DNA from: an uncultured Flavobacteriales bacterium
GTDB taxonomy: Bacteria > Bacteroidota > Bacteroidia > Flavobacteriales_D > Crocinitomicaceae
Reading direction: 5' to 3'
Assembly: GCA_903935095.1 (NCBI GenBank)
Contig: CAIZQH010000017.1
Span: 12,215-76,214, forward strand
Length of the DNA: 64,000 nucleotides
The notes beneath the pieces were generated by a model that was given only the letters and a program-made list of their open reading frames with translations, was not told the DNA's origin and made no database searches. This document shows positions 18,500 to 28,242 of the stretch, in pieces. Each line of letters starts with the position of its first letter. Position 1 is the first letter of the stretch. Both the position numbers and the translations under genes were made by a program.

Positions 18500-20044
18500 A
18501 TGCAGGGTAAAATTCTTTGGGCGGATGATGAAATTGAATTATTGAAACCGCATATTTTATTTTTAGAAGCAAAAGGTTACTCGGTAGATCCAGTGACCAA
18601 CGGTCAAGATGCCATCGAAAAAGCCTTGGATAATCACTACGATATTATTTTTCTGGATGAAAACATGCCTGGTTTAACGGGATTAGAAACCTTGTTTCAA
18701 ATCAAGGAACAGAAACCGCTGGTGCCGATTGTCATGATCACCAAAAGCGAGGAAGAACACATCATGGAAGAAGCCATTGGAAGTAAAATTGCTGATTACC
18801 TCATCAAACCGGTCAACCCAAATCAAATTCTATTAAGTATTAAAAAGAATTTAGATGTATCAAAATTGGTCAGTCAAAAAACCAATTCCAACTACCAACA
18901 AGAATTTCGACAGCTTGGTATGCAACTGATGGGACGAATGGACGCAGAAGAATGGAAAGAATTCTACGCGAAATTGGTGTATTGGGAGTTAGAATTAGAT
19001 AAGATTGAGGATTCTGGAATGCGCGAGATTTTCGACATGCAAAAGAAAGAAGCCAATAAACTTTTCTGTGATTTCATAGAGGATAATTACTTGGATTGGG
19101 TGAATGGAACAGAAGATGCACCCCAAATGATTCACACATTGATGAAGGATAAAATTGCTCCTTACATCGGTAAAGAGAAAACAGCTGTCCTGGTTATTGA
19201 CAATTTGAGATTCGACCAATGGAAAATGATTGAACCAATTCTTTCCCGCTACTTTTCCAAAGAAGAAGAAGAAATTGTTTTTTCCATTCTACCGACCGCA
19301 ACGCATTATGCACGAAATGCTTTTTTTGCGGGACTTCTTCCATCTGAAATTGAAAAACGTTTTCCTACCTTATGGAAAAACGAAGACGATGAGGGTGGGA
19401 AAAACATGCACGAAAAAGAATTTCTGGATGCTCAGTTAAAACGCTTGGGTAAAAACGTCAAATGGAGCTATAGCAAAATTACGAACGTCGAAGCCGGTAA
19501 GAAACTTGGGGATTCTTTTCACAATTGGAAGGACAATGACGTCAACTTTATTGTCTACAATTTCGTGGATATGTTGTCACATGCTCGGACCGAAATGGAA
19601 GTCATCCGTGAATTAGCGGACAATGAATCCGCTTATCGTTCCATCACCGTTTCTTGGTTAGAACATTCTCCCCTACTCGAAATTATTAAAAAAATTGCCG
19701 AGTCTGGAATTCGCTTGATTGTCACAACCGATCACGGAACGATAAAAGTGAACAAACCCGTGCGCATTGTTGGAGAGCGAAATACGAATTCTAATTTGCG
19801 TTACAAAGCTGGACGAGGTTTAACTTATGATGCGAAAGAAGTGTTTTCCGTGAAAAATCCAAGTGAAGCATTCCTACCGAAATTAAAACTTTCAGCAGAA
19901 TTTGTTTTTGCTAGAGAACAAGATTTCTTCGTATATCCAAATAATTACAATCATTTCGTGAATTATTACGGAAGCACCTTTCAACATGGTGGAATTTCCT
20001 TGGAAGAAGTATTAATTCCTTTCATTTCTTTAAAGGCAAAATAA
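18500..20044 (+). CDS. porX: response regulator with PglZ (alkaline-phosphatase superfamily) output domain, PorX-like
   Basis: 514 aa. REC domain (ILWADDEIELLKPHILFLEAKGY..IIFLDENMPGLTG..ITKSEEE..IADYLIKP) followed by a PglZ-like domain (VLVIDNLRFDQW..TDHGT). This is the same architecture as the T9SS regulator PorX. Confidence 0.75.
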   Translation: MQGKILWADDEIELLKPHILFLEAKGYSVDPVTNGQDAIEKALDNHYDIIFLDENMPGLTGLETLFQIKEQKPLVPIVMITKSEEEHIMEEAIGSKIADYLIKPVNPNQILLSIKKNLDVSKLVSQKTNSNYQQEFRQLGMQLMGRMDAEEWKEFYAKLVYWELELDKIEDSGMREIFDMQKKEANKLFCDFIEDNYLDWVNGTEDAPQMIHTLMKDKIAPYIGKEKTAVLVIDNLRFDQWKMIEPILSRYFSKEEEEIVFSILPTATHYARNAFFAGLLPSEIEKRFPTLWKNEDDEGGKNMHEKEFLDAQLKRLGKNVKWSYSKITNVEAGKKLGDSFHNWKDNDVNFIVYNFVDMLSHARTEMEVIRELADNESAYRSITVSWLEHSPLLEIIKKIAESGIRLIVTTDHGTIKVNKPVRIVGERNTNSNLRYKAGRGLTYDAKEVFSVKNPSEAFLPKLKLSAEFVFAREQDFFVYPNNYNHFVNYYGSTFQHGGISLEEVLIPFISLKAK

Positions 20045-20090
20045 ACGAATATTTTTCCTTCTTTAGAACAATTCAAAATAAGGGATTTCG

Positions 20091-20098
20091 TACTTTTG
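20091..20098 (+). promoter_or_regulatory. -7 box TACTTTTG upstream of sufS
   Basis: It matches TAnnTTTG and lies 7 nt before the sufS ATG, which implies a leaderless or very short leader mRNA. Confidence 0.35.
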
Positions 20099-20105
20099 TA
20101 CGAAT

Positions 20106-21341
20106 ATGAGCGACTTGGAATTAAAACCATTCAACGTAAGGGAAATTAGAGAAGAATTTCCGGCACTTCGTCAACAAATTTATGGGAAGAATCTCATTTA
20201 TTTTGACAATGGTGCGACATCACAGAAACCTAAGTTGGTGTTAGATGCCATCAATTTATTCTATTCCAAAGAAAATGCGAATATTCACCGTGGTGTGCAT
20301 TACATGAGTCAAAAAGCCACCACTGAATACGAAGCGGCACGTCAACGTATTCAACGTTACCTCGGTGCACGAAAATCCGAAGAAATCATATTCACAAAAG
20401 GAACAACCGACAGCATCAATTTGGTTGCCTATTCTTTTGGACTAAGCCTAAGCGCTGGAGATGAAGTTCTCATCTCTGCAATGGAACACCATTCGAACAT
20501 TGTTCCGTGGCAAATGTTGTGTGAGCGCCAAGGATGTACGCTGAAAGTTGCACCGATTAATCAACGCGGAGAATTAATCTTGGAAGAATTTGATAAACTA
20601 CTTTCCAAAAAGACCAAGTTAGTCGCCATTACACATATTTCGAATACGCTCGGAACAATAAATCCAGTCAAAGAAATCATTGAAAAAGCCCACGCTGTTG
20701 GTGCAAAAGTACTCGTGGATGGTGCGCAAAGCATCCAACACATGCACATCAATGTCAAAGAAATGAATTGTGACTTCTATGTTTTTTCAAGTCATAAGGT
20801 TTTTGGCCCTACTGGAATTGGCGTGCTTTACGGAAAAGAAGAACTCCTCGACCGAATGCCACCCTATCAAGTTGGTGGAGACATGATTTCACGTGTGACC
20901 TTTGAAAGAACAACCTACAATGAACTCCCATTCAAATTTGAAGCGGGAACACCACATATTGCCGGTGGAATTTGTTTAGGAAAAGCATTTGAATTCTTGG
21001 AATCCATTGACATGGAGTCAGCTGAGCGACATGAACGTGAATTAGCGAAATACGCCGAAGATATGTTAGCTACCTTTGAAGGATTGCAGATTATCGGAGA
21101 AGCGAAAAACAAAACCTCCGTTGTTTCTTTCTCGGTGAAAGGGATTCATCCGTTTGACATCGGCACACTCTTGGACAAACAAGGCATTGCCGTTCGGACC
21201 GGACACCATTGTACGCAGCCATTGATGGATTTTTATGGCATACCCGGAACCGTTCGTGCCTCTTTCGCATTTTATAACACAAAGCAAGAAATTGACACTT
21301 TTGTGGAGGCCGTTGAACGCAGTTTAAGCATGTTGAAATAA
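20106..21341 (+). CDS. sufS: cysteine desulfurase, SufS type
   Basis: 411 aa. IYFDNGATSQKP..NANIHRGVH..SSHKVFGPTGIGVLYG (PLP Lys)..RTGHHCTQPL (catalytic Cys loop). Confidence 0.93.
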   Translation: MSDLELKPFNVREIREEFPALRQQIYGKNLIYFDNGATSQKPKLVLDAINLFYSKENANIHRGVHYMSQKATTEYEAARQRIQRYLGARKSEEIIFTKGTTDSINLVAYSFGLSLSAGDEVLISAMEHHSNIVPWQMLCERQGCTLKVAPINQRGELILEEFDKLLSKKTKLVAITHISNTLGTINPVKEIIEKAHAVGAKVLVDGAQSIQHMHINVKEMNCDFYVFSSHKVFGPTGIGVLYGKEELLDRMPPYQVGGDMISRVTFERTTYNELPFKFEAGTPHIAGGICLGKAFEFLESIDMESAERHERELAKYAEDMLATFEGLQIIGEAKNKTSVVSFSVKGIHPFDIGTLLDKQGIAVRTGHHCTQPLMDFYGIPGTVRASFAFYNTKQEIDTFVEAVERSLSMLK

Positions 21342-21342
21342 A

Positions 21343-21762
21343 ATGAACTTAACAGAAAAGCAAGAAGAAATCATACAAGAATTCGAGGTTTTCGATGATT
21401 GGATGGAAAAATACGAGTACATCATTGATCTGGGAAAGGATTTACCAAAGATTGATGAAGTCAACAAAACAGATGACCGCCTCATTGAAGGTTGTCAATC
21501 TCGCGTGTGGCTCGATGCACATTTTGACAATGGAAAAATGCATTTTACGGCAGATTCAGACGCCATCATTACCAAAGGAATCATCGGATTGTTGATTCGT
21601 GTGCTAGATGGAGAAAACCCGAGTGATATCGCCACAGCAGATTTGTTTTTCATCTCAAAAATTGGACTGCAGGAACACCTATCTCCTACCCGTGCCAATG
21701 GATTACTGGGAATGGTAAAAAGATTAAAATTAGAAGCAATTAAACATATTTCAGTGTCATGA
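21343..21762 (+). CDS. sufE: SufE-family sulfur acceptor protein
   Basis: 139 aa. LIEGCQSRVWL (conserved Cys) and ADSDAIITKGIIGLL. It starts 1 nt after the sufS stop. Confidence 0.85.
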   Translation: MNLTEKQEEIIQEFEVFDDWMEKYEYIIDLGKDLPKIDEVNKTDDRLIEGCQSRVWLDAHFDNGKMHFTADSDAIITKGIIGLLIRVLDGENPSDIATADLFFISKIGLQEHLSPTRANGLLGMVKRLKLEAIKHISVS

Positions 21763-22064
21763 ATGATTTAGAAGATCGCATTGTAGAAATGATGAAAACC
21801 ATCTATGACCCAGAAATTCCAGTGGATATTTTTGAGTTAGGTTTAATTTATGAAGTGAAAGTGGAAGAAGGTAATCATGTTTTTATCGATATGACCTTAA
21901 CCTCTCCGAATTGTCCGGTGGCTGAAAGCCTTCCAAAAGAAGTGGAAGATAAAGTGGCGTCTGTTGAAGGCGTTGCTTCTGCAAAAGTGAGCATTGTTTT
22001 TGATCCACCTTGGGACAAGGACATGATGAGTGAAGAAGCAAAATTAGAACTCGGATTCCTTTAG
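21759..22064 (+). CDS. DUF59/MIP18-family Fe-S cluster assembly protein (SufT-like)
   Basis: 101 aa. TIYDPEIPVDIFELGLIY..MTLTSPNCPVAESL. It overlaps sufE by 4 nt. Confidence 0.8.
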   Translation: MNDLEDRIVEMMKTIYDPEIPVDIFELGLIYEVKVEEGNHVFIDMTLTSPNCPVAESLPKEVEDKVASVEGVASAKVSIVFDPPWDKDMMSEEAKLELGFL

Positions 22065-22483
22065 AGTTTGCGCAAGGCAAATCGACGCAATCGGAATTGT
22101 TGATGGTCGTAATATTCGAACTCCAGATTTTTCTTGGAAGAAAGTAAGATGCGAATATCAATAGTGTCTGTCTCGCGAATAACCAACAAATGATCTCCTT
22201 TTTCATTGATAGTAAATGGTGCCTGCACCGTCACAAAAGAATCTATCACTTGATTTGTGCCAAAACGAAGGTAATCGAAATCAATTCGTCCACTCATAAT
22301 TTTTAAATCCGAAGAGATGTGGATTTCTCCAATCGGTAAACTATCGTAAAAAGTGAATCCCTCCCCGTCCAAAACACGTGCTAATTCAACTCCCCAAGTC
22401 CCATCTATACGCTTGAGTTGAGCCTTCTGTTTATTACATGAAGAGATTGCAATGAATAGGAGGATATAAAGATAATTTCTCAT
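22061..22483 (-). CDS. hypothetical lipoprotein
   Basis: 140 aa with lipobox IAISSC. No recognisable domain. Its start overlaps the stop of the upstream M20 gene by 4 nt. Confidence 0.5.
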   Translation of the reverse strand: MRNYLYILLFIAISSCNKQKAQLKRIDGTWGVELARVLDGEGFTFYDSLPIGEIHISSDLKIMSGRIDFDYLRFGTNQVIDSFVTVQAPFTINEKGDHLLVIRETDTIDIRILLSSKKNLEFEYYDHQQFRLRRFALRKL

Positions 22484-23664
22484 GCTTGAAATGCGATGCT
22501 ACACATGGCCATAATACCCATTTTTAATGCGTCTTCATCAATATTGAAACGCGGGTGATGGACAGCAAACGTGATTCCCTTTTCTTTGTTTCCAACACCT
22601 AAGCGAAAGAAACTCACAGGGATTTCTTGGCTGTAAAACGCAAAATCCTCCGCAGTCATTCGCAAGGATAATTCATGAATACATTCTTCACCAAATAGAT
22701 GTGTAAAAAGTTGCTTCAACTCATTGGTTAAGCGTTCATCATTCTTTAAAAACGGATATCCTTTGGAGATTTCAAGAGCAATCTCACCGCCAAATGCTGA
22801 CGCAACTTCTCTTGCTTCATCCGAAAGAATGGTATATGCCTTAGATCTCCATGTTTCGTCCATCGTGCGAAACGTACCTTTAATTACTGCTTCAGATGGA
22901 ATGACATTGGTTGAACCTTGCGCTTCGAAACGTCCAAATGTTAAAACATGAGGGACATTTTCTGGACACGCTTCAAGAAATAACGCCTTCACGCGTCGCA
23001 TCCACTCTGAACCCATTTCTATGGGATTGATGCATCTTTCTGGCAAAGCTCCATGTCCACCAACACCTTTAATCTTCACATGTAATTCATCACTCGAGGC
23101 CATGTATAAGCCGGGACGCAGTCCAATATTTCCCACTTCCATTTCCGGAAACACATGCAAGGCATACATTTTCTCAACGCGCGGGTTCAGTAATACGCCT
23201 GCTTTCATCATCAAACTCGCTCCACCAGGATTCATTTCTTCTCCAGGCTGAAAGATCAATTTCAAGGGATGTGTCAAATCTTTTCGATTCGCTTGTAAAA
23301 TCACTGCTGCACCTAACAAAATAGCGGTGTGAACATCATGGCCACAGGCATGCATCCATCCGTCCACCTCTGACTTGTATGGGACATCGTTTTCCTCTTG
23401 AATGGGCAAGGCATCTAAATCTGCCCGCAATCCAACACAAGCTTGGTCCTTTGAATGATGTTCTGCCCCAATCCACGCGACAACACCTGTTTCCGCGACG
23501 TTTGTTTCATGTTCAATCCCATAGCGAGAAAGAATTTCAGATACAAAAAGCATGGTGTTTTTTTCTTGAAACGAAGGTTCCGGATGACGGTGGATATGTT
23601 GACGCCAAGACTGAACTAACGTAAATATATCGTTTACCAATAAAGAAAGGCGATCAGGACTCAT
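22480..23664 (-). CDS. M20-family amidohydrolase (N-acyl-L-amino acid amidohydrolase type)
   Basis: 394 aa. IHRHPEPSFQE..LRADLDALP..HACGHDVHT..FQPGEE are typical M20D metal-ligand motifs. Confidence 0.85.
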   Translation of the reverse strand: MSPDRLSLLVNDIFTLVQSWRQHIHRHPEPSFQEKNTMLFVSEILSRYGIEHETNVAETGVVAWIGAEHHSKDQACVGLRADLDALPIQEENDVPYKSEVDGWMHACGHDVHTAILLGAAVILQANRKDLTHPLKLIFQPGEEMNPGGASLMMKAGVLLNPRVEKMYALHVFPEMEVGNIGLRPGLYMASSDELHVKIKGVGGHGALPERCINPIEMGSEWMRRVKALFLEACPENVPHVLTFGRFEAQGSTNVIPSEAVIKGTFRTMDETWRSKAYTILSDEAREVASAFGGEIALEISKGYPFLKNDERLTNELKQLFTHLFGEECIHELSLRMTAEDFAFYSQEIPVSFFRLGVGNKEKGITFAVHHPRFNIDEDALKMGIMAMCSIAFQA

Positions 23665-24055
23665 TGGATGAAATAGATGAATAACCAGACAAGATTAATC
23701 GAAACGAAACATATGCCAAAAAAACACCGAAAATCAATTTCACCAATCCTGGGGAAAGTTTCAGTGATAATTTCGAACCGATAAATCCGCCAATTAAAAA
23801 CGTAGCTGCAATCACAAGTCCATATTTCCATTCTACATTTCCGGATTTCCAGTAATTGATTAACGCCAAAATTACAACTGGCATTGACAGGACAAAAAGA
23901 CTTGTTCCTTGCGCGGTATGCTGTGAAAGTCCAAGAAAGAAGACCAAAGCAGGTACGATGATAACTCCACCACCTACTCCAACGAATCCACTGAGAATTC
24001 CAGCGAAGATTCCAATGATGGCAAGGATAAGGATGGTTTGTGGTGTCATTTCCAT
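23654..24055 (-). CDS. half-size TauE/SafE (DUF81) family membrane protein
   Basis: 133 aa with 4 predicted TM helices. GILSGFVGVGGGVIIVPALVFFLG..AQGTSL is the TauE signature. Canonical family members are about twice this length. Confidence 0.65.
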   Translation of the reverse strand: MEMTPQTILILAIIGIFAGILSGFVGVGGGVIIVPALVFFLGLSQHTAQGTSLFVLSMPVVILALINYWKSGNVEWKYGLVIAATFLIGGFIGSKLSLKLSPGLVKLIFGVFLAYVSFRLILSGYSSISSNES

Positions 24056-24075
24056 TCAAAGATATTAAAAATAGC

Positions 24076-25047
24076 TTACGGATTGACCAACAGGTTACAT
24101 CCACGAATGTCCGCATCATCGAATCGTCCTTCCAAATAGAAACCATCCCCCTCAATCCTTCCTAAATCTTGCGTTTGGATAAAGGCACAACTGTGTTGAT
24201 TCGCCAAATCGATGACATTGATTCCACCTGATCGTTCATTTGGAAAAAGCGTGAATGGATCGTAGGGATCGCGAATGAGAATTCTCATCCAAGGAACGAC
24301 TTGAAACTTCCCATCTTTCATCGAATAACCTTGGGAGAGTAATTCTGTCATACCAAATTCAGAACGCACATGATCGACACCAAGTCCTTCGATAAGCACT
24401 GCATGTAATTCCGCTTTCGTTAATTCCTTGCGACGACCTTTCATACCGCCGGTTTCGACGATGATGGCATTAGATAAATTCATGTTTAATTCCGCCAAAT
24501 CGAGCAAGGCGTATGAAACTCCAAAAATGATGACCTTTTTTCCTTGTGATGTCGCTGCTTGATATCGCTCAAGAAGAGAAGTTGGTTCGTTTAATAAGAA
24601 TCCGGATAGTTCTTGTCCTGATTGTTGAATGAGGGAATCAACCATGTATACCAAAGAGGAATCGCCTTGATCAACATAATTTGGCAACAAAGCTAGAACT
24701 ACATAATCCTGAATTGGGCCAAAGAAATGAGAAAATCCGAGGGAAAAAGATTCGTCGTACCATTGTTTATCAGCCACATAATGCTGACTCCTTCCCAATG
24801 TCCCTGTTCCACTGCTCTGAAAATGTAAGTCCACCCGTTCTTTTTGTTGATCAAAAATTCGGTTTGATTTAAATAATGAGATCGGCATAAAAGGAATTTC
24901 TCTCAAAGTTTTTGGCTTATTCCGATGAATTAAGTCCACATAGGATCGATACACAGAAACGTTTTGGTATTGGTGATGAAACAAAGCCAAGGATCTTTCC
25001 TCAAAGTTATCCGTATTCGTACTCAGTAAATATTCCCGTGGATTCAT
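24076..25047 (-). CDS. LuxE/PaaK-like acyl-protein synthetase / acyltransferase family protein
   Basis: 323 aa. FHHQYQNVSVYRSYVD..FQSSGTGTLGRSQH..ETGGMKGRR..FGMTEL are adenylate-forming-enzyme-like motifs, as in LuxE-type proteins. Confidence 0.55.
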   Translation of the reverse strand: MNPREYLLSTNTDNFEERSLALFHHQYQNVSVYRSYVDLIHRNKPKTLREIPFMPISLFKSNRIFDQQKERVDLHFQSSGTGTLGRSQHYVADKQWYDESFSLGFSHFFGPIQDYVVLALLPNYVDQGDSSLVYMVDSLIQQSGQELSGFLLNEPTSLLERYQAATSQGKKVIIFGVSYALLDLAELNMNLSNAIIVETGGMKGRRKELTKAELHAVLIEGLGVDHVRSEFGMTELLSQGYSMKDGKFQVVPWMRILIRDPYDPFTLFPNERSGGINVIDLANQHSCAFIQTQDLGRIEGDGFYLEGRFDDADIRGCNLLVNP

Positions 25048-25157
25048 GAGACAAAGTTAAGATGAAATGTGTATTCCTCATCGTTAAGACAGGAAATGTG
25101 TGTAATTTTGAACAAGCGTTCATGAACGTTGTTAAACTAAAGATGAAGGATCAAAGC

Positions 25158-26183
25158 ATGAAAAAAACAGGAGTCTTATTAATTCAATTAGGAACACCAG
25201 ACAGTCCAAAAACGAGCGATGTCAGAAGGTATTTAACCGAGTTTTTAAATGATCCCCGCGTCATTGACATTCCATGGATATTACGAAAAATATTGGTGAA
25301 TGGCATCATTGTTCCATTTAGATCGCCGAAATCAGCTAAAATTTACAAAGAACTTTGGGAATTAGGCAATGGTGTTTCTCCGCTAAAGACGCATACATTG
25401 AAGGTTCAGGAAATGTTGCAACATGCATTTCAAAATGAACATGTCACAATCGAAATGGCCATGCGTTATCAGAATCCATCTATGGACAGTGTCTTGGAGC
25501 GCATGCATCAAGCCAATTATGACGAGATCATCATTCTTCCATTATTTCCGCAGTACGCAAGTGCATCCACTGGATCTGCCGTGGAAAAAGCGATGAACAT
25601 TATTCGTAAATGGTGGGTAATTCCAGAAATTAAAATCATTAGTCAATTTTGGGACAATGAAGGATACATCGATTCCATCATTGAAAACACCAAAACTTTC
25701 AACATCAACGATTACGACCATGTGCTATTCTCTTACCACGGACTTCCTGAGCGGCAAGTAGATAAAGTATATGAAGGAACGGATTTATGTGGGGATCAAC
25801 CTTGTGAAACCGAATTAAACGAGCAAAATAAATTTTGCTACAAGGCTACCTCATACGCGACTACTCGGTTAATTGCTGAAAAACTCGGTTTGAAAGAAGA
25901 TCAATATACAGTATGTTTTCAATCTCGCTTGGATAAAAAATGGCTAACGCCTTTCTCTGACAAAGTGGTAGAAGAATGGGCGAAAAAAGGAGCGAAGAAA
26001 TTATTGGTTTTTAGTCCCGCATTTGTTGCAGATTGCTTAGAGACCTTGGTTGAAATTGGTGAAGAATACCAAGAAATATTCGAAGAACACGGAGGAGAAA
26101 AAGTGCAATTAGTACCGAGTTCTAATAGTCATCCGTTGTTTTTGAATGGATTAGAAAAATTAATTCGACAACAAATGAAATAG
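25158..26183 (+). CDS. hemH: ferrochelatase
   Basis: MKKTGVLLIQLGTPDSPKTSDVRRYLTEFLNDPRVIDIP..LPLFPQYASASTGS..FSYHGLPER. I set the start at the ATG at 25158; the 32-codon upstream extension in the track has no ferrochelatase counterpart. Confidence 0.92.
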   Translation: MKKTGVLLIQLGTPDSPKTSDVRRYLTEFLNDPRVIDIPWILRKILVNGIIVPFRSPKSAKIYKELWELGNGVSPLKTHTLKVQEMLQHAFQNEHVTIEMAMRYQNPSMDSVLERMHQANYDEIIILPLFPQYASASTGSAVEKAMNIIRKWWVIPEIKIISQFWDNEGYIDSIIENTKTFNINDYDHVLFSYHGLPERQVDKVYEGTDLCGDQPCETELNEQNKFCYKATSYATTRLIAEKLGLKEDQYTVCFQSRLDKKWLTPFSDKVVEEWAKKGAKKLLVFSPAFVADCLETLVEIGEEYQEIFEEHGGEKVQLVPSSNSHPLFLNGLEKLIRQQMK

Positions 26184-26223
26184 GATTTGAAAGACTTCCT
26201 TTTTCTGTTACATATTTAAGTAG

Positions 26224-26231
26224 TAATTTTG
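26224..26231 (+). promoter_or_regulatory. -7 box TAATTTTG upstream of ahcY
   Basis: TAnnTTTG match 32 nt before the ATG. Confidence 0.4.
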
Positions 26232-26263
26232 CAATCGATTATAAATAAATTTTAAAGATCAAT

Positions 26264-27556
26264 ATGGCTTATAAAGTAAAAGACATCAGCTTAGCTGAAT
26301 GGGGAAGAAAAGAAATCAAATTGGCTGAAGCAGAAATGCCTGGCCTTATGGCGCTTCGCGAAGAATACGGTACGTCTAAACCATTAGCTGGAGCAAGAGT
26401 TGCAGGATGTCTTCATATGACAATTCAAACGGCTGTTTTAATTGAAACATTGGCGGAATTAGGAGCCGAAGTTACCTGGTCGTCATGTAATATTTTCTCT
26501 ACACAAGATCACGCCGCTGCTGCCATTGCTGCTGCTGGCATTCCAGTTTTCGCATGGAAAGGAATGAACGAAGAAGAATTCGACTGGTGTATTGAACAGA
26601 CGTTATTCGCCTTTGAAGGTGGAAAACCATTAAACATGATCTTAGATGACGGTGGTGATTTGACAAACATGGTTTTCGATCGTTTCCCTGAATTGACAAA
26701 AGACATCAAAGGATTGTCCGAAGAAACAACGACCGGCGTTCATCGTTTATACGAGCGTGTGAAAAACGGAACCTTGGTGATGCCGGCAATCAATGTGAAT
26801 GACTCCGTTACAAAATCAAAATTCGATAACAAATACGGTTGTAAAGAGTCTTTGGTAGATTCTATTCGTCGTGCTACGGATACAATGATGGCTGGAAAAG
26901 TTGCTGTTGTATGTGGTTATGGTGACGTTGGAAAAGGATCAGCTGCATCATTAAAAGGTGCTGGAGCTCGTGTAATCGTGACTGAAATTGACCCAATTTG
27001 TGCACTTCAAGCAGCCATGGACGGATTCGAAGTAAAACGTTTAGATACGGTAGTTCATTTAGGAGACATCATTGTAACAACAACTGGAAATAAAAACATC
27101 GTTGTTGGACGTCATTTCGAAAACATGAAAGACAAAGCAATCGTTTGTAACATCGGACACTTCGACAATGAAATTGATATGGCGTGGTTAAATACGAACC
27201 ATGGAGCATCAAAAATAGAAATCAAGCCACAAGTTGATTTATACAACATCAATGGGAAGGACATTATCATCCTCGCAGAAGGTCGTTTAGTGAATCTTGG
27301 TTGTGCAACTGGTCACCCGTCTTTCGTGATGTCGAACTCATTTACAAACCAAACCTTAGCGCAATTGGAAATCTGGTTGCATGCGGACAAATATGGAAAT
27401 GATGTATACATGCTTCCTAAGCATTTAGATGAAAAAGTGGCTCGTTTACACTTAGCGAAAATTGGTGTTGAATTGGAAACATTAAGTACCGATCAAGCTG
27501 ACTACATTGGTGTAGCGGTGGAAGGTCCATTCAAAGCGGAGCATTACCGTTACTAG
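26264..27556 (+). CDS. ahcY: adenosylhomocysteinase
   Basis: 430 aa. [63 protein letters not shown]. Confidence 0.97.
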   Translation: MAYKVKDISLAEWGRKEIKLAEAEMPGLMALREEYGTSKPLAGARVAGCLHMTIQTAVLIETLAELGAEVTWSSCNIFSTQDHAAAAIAAAGIPVFAWKGMNEEEFDWCIEQTLFAFEGGKPLNMILDDGGDLTNMVFDRFPELTKDIKGLSEETTTGVHRLYERVKNGTLVMPAINVNDSVTKSKFDNKYGCKESLVDSIRRATDTMMAGKVAVVCGYGDVGKGSAASLKGAGARVIVTEIDPICALQAAMDGFEVKRLDTVVHLGDIIVTTTGNKNIVVGRHFENMKDKAIVCNIGHFDNEIDMAWLNTNHGASKIEIKPQVDLYNINGKDIIILAEGRLVNLGCATGHPSFVMSNSFTNQTLAQLEIWLHADKYGNDVYMLPKHLDEKVARLHLAKIGVELETLSTDQADYIGVAVEGPFKAEHYRY

Positions 27557-27570
27557 AATTTATCACACAT

Positions 27571-27607
27571 AAAAAAAGCCCTGGCAGAATTGTCAGGGCT
27601 TTTTTTA
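27571..27607. terminator. bidirectional rho-independent terminator
   Basis: A7-GCCCTG-(10 nt)-CAGGGC-T8 lies between the convergent ahcY and the 27622-28239 gene. Confidence 0.8.
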
Positions 27608-27621
27608 TGTCTAAAATTGGT

Positions 27622-28239
27622 TTAAAACTTATACGTGTATTGCACCGAGAAAAGCGGGCCACCCACTCCGATTTCCGCACCTAACGCAGAATTGTAACTG
27701 AAGAAATAGCGAAATCCATAACACAATCGAGCGGAAACTGGAACCGATACAAGATCAGCAGAGTTATAGCTGTAGTTTAAATCATCATTTTTCCACTGTT
27801 TCTCCCAACGATTGTTGGTTCCAACTGCTAATCCAATGTAGCTATCGACGTTTGGACTCGCACTCGGTAATAAAAAGTTAAACCGTGCTTGAACTCTCAA
27901 ACGTGACTTTAAATCAGTATAATTGGAACTAATATAGGTCCATTCATTATTGACGAAAACGGTGTCAGTAGAAACGTAGGATTGACGATACGAATTATAC
28001 ATCACATCGATTCCAACACTAACATCGTTCGTAATCATGTACGAATAACGAAGTCCACTTGGAGGTATACTCGTCGAACCGGAAACACTCGTTGAGTTTG
28101 GTCCAAATCCAAAAAAATCAAATTTCAAGAAATTCGGACCACCACCATAAAGTTCAAGTGAATGATTTCCTAGAAAGGATGCTTGTCCATGAACAATACC
28201 AATTGTTCCAACAAATAAAAGGGCTAGTAATTTTTTCAT
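27622..28239 (-). CDS. small outer-membrane beta-barrel protein
   Basis: 205 aa. Signal peptide MKKLLALLFVGTIGIVHGQA; alternating beta-strand pattern; C-terminal ..VQYTYKF. Confidence 0.55.
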   Translation of the reverse strand: MKKLLALLFVGTIGIVHGQASFLGNHSLELYGGGPNFLKFDFFGFGPNSTSVSGSTSIPPSGLRYSYMITNDVSVGIDVMYNSYRQSYVSTDTVFVNNEWTYISSNYTDLKSRLRVQARFNFLLPSASPNVDSYIGLAVGTNNRWEKQWKNDDLNYSYNSADLVSVPVSARLCYGFRYFFSYNSALGAEIGVGGPLFSVQYTYKF

Positions 28240-28242
28240 TTC

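Noticed and set aside
23661-24155. 164-aa alternative-frame ORF overlapping the TauE-like gene and the end of the LuxE-like gene.
   Set aside because: It has Trp/Arg-rich, non-protein-like composition. The TauE frame carries a clear family signature and four clean TM helices.
25062-25157. 32-codon N-terminal extension of the ferrochelatase ORF.
   Set aside because: Ferrochelatase homology begins at MKKTGVLLIQLGTPDSP. The extension would start only 15 nt from the divergent LuxE-like gene and has no signal or TM character.
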